Of a stretch of DNA of 64,000 nt, positions 63,127-64,000 are shown piece after piece (the stretch's first letter is position 1; the number at the start of each line of letters is the position of its first letter). The notes under the pieces were generated by a model. That model did not search any database. It was not told where the DNA came from and saw only the letters and a program-made list of their open reading frames with translations. Position numbers and translations under genes: made by a program. Origin of the DNA: Octopus sinensis (taxonomy: Eukaryota); assembly GCF_006345805.1 (NCBI RefSeq), contig NC_043011.1, forward strand, positions 868,001 to 932,000, given 5' to 3'.

Positions 63127-64000
63127 GTTTCTTTATTAGCCACACAGGGCTGCACACAGATAGAATAAATTACAAGGTAGAGCTTTTCTTTTGAAGGTTT
63201 AAAAAAAAAAAAAAAAGGAAGGGGGAGTTTCGATCAAAAGGGATCGTAAAAGGAGAGAAAGAGGACAAAAAAAGGGGGGGGTTAAAAAAAGGGGGAAAGG
63301 AAGAAAAAAAAACAAAAAACAAAATTGATCAATAGGGATCGTTATCACAGAAATGTCAATATGAAGTGTAAAGGGGAGGACAGGTGAGGTTTACCCGTGG
63401 AAAGAAAAGCCTACGGAAAAGACCACGGTAACCTCGGTCAATGGAGTCACGTGCTATATTTCTTTTTTTTTTTTTTTTGCAAATAAGCAACTCTCTGTTT
63501 TCAATTTCTGGGTTCATAGGATCATGCTCAAGGTGGCTTCGTCATTCATATGTGCCATTCTTGCTACATTCCCCCATCTTTTTTTAAAACATTCGCTTGA
63601 CAAAACTTGCCTCTCTACTCTCACTTTCCTTTTCAAGTGGTACTTGAAGAAGTTCATGAGAGATTGACCAGAGAGGAAAGTGTTTGTCTCCAATCCTTTC
63701 AGACGCGTCCACCAGATACATTCTTTCGCCATAGCCACAAGGATGATGAAAATAGCTCTTCCTTCCCGTTTGAAGGAGGGAGGCGTGACAATATTAACGA
63801 TAGACTCAGCTGATAAACCGACTCGTCCCACACGTGACAGCAGTTGTTCGACGCAAGCCCACAGGTCGGAAATTGTTGGACACTGCACGAGTGCGTGCAG
63901 AACGGTTTCGTCGCTCTGACCGCATCTCGGGCAGGTCGGCCCCGTCTTTCTCGAGCCGTGTCTGTAGAGCTTATCCCGAACGGGTAGCACTTCTCGGTAG
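63127..64000 (-). mobile_element. Tx1/L1-like LINE 3' end (zf-RVT-type C-terminus and 3' UTR), running off the window
   Basis: LPVRDKL..CPRCGQSDETVLHALVQC..LW..AKECIWW; ends GTGGCTAATAAAGAAAC next to (TA)n. Confidence 0.85.

Overview
AT-rich, microsatellite-dense eukaryotic intergenic/intronic DNA. The repeat content looks cephalopod (Octopus-like); that is recognition, not a database result. No host gene is clearly recognisable, and nearly all coding signal is retroelement-derived. The centre (about 32.7-46.1 kb) is a nested stack. An old, degenerate Mag-like Ty3/Gypsy element (minus) is split at its gag-protease junction by a near full-length CR1-like LINE (PHD/polyQ/RRM-like ORF1, APE-RT ORF2). 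That LINE is split, at a 4-bp TGGT TSD, by a young CsRn1-like Ty3/Gypsy element with two apparently identical 418-bp LTRs. Removing the LTR element restores an uninterrupted ORF2, which has no usable AUG and is joined to ORF1 through a GGGAAAC -1 slippery site. The flanks hold more than 25 SINE copies of several families, three of which share 3' tails with LINEs present in the window. They also hold RTE, R4-like, Tx1-like and Penelope fragments, mariner and Chapaev-like remnants, and MITEs. The most unusual signal is a set of short fold-back (palindromic) elements carrying minimal hammerhead-ribozyme motifs. Their cores covary at the 3-8 tertiary pair: C3-G8, U3-A8 and G3-C8. Coordinates of degenerate elements are approximate.
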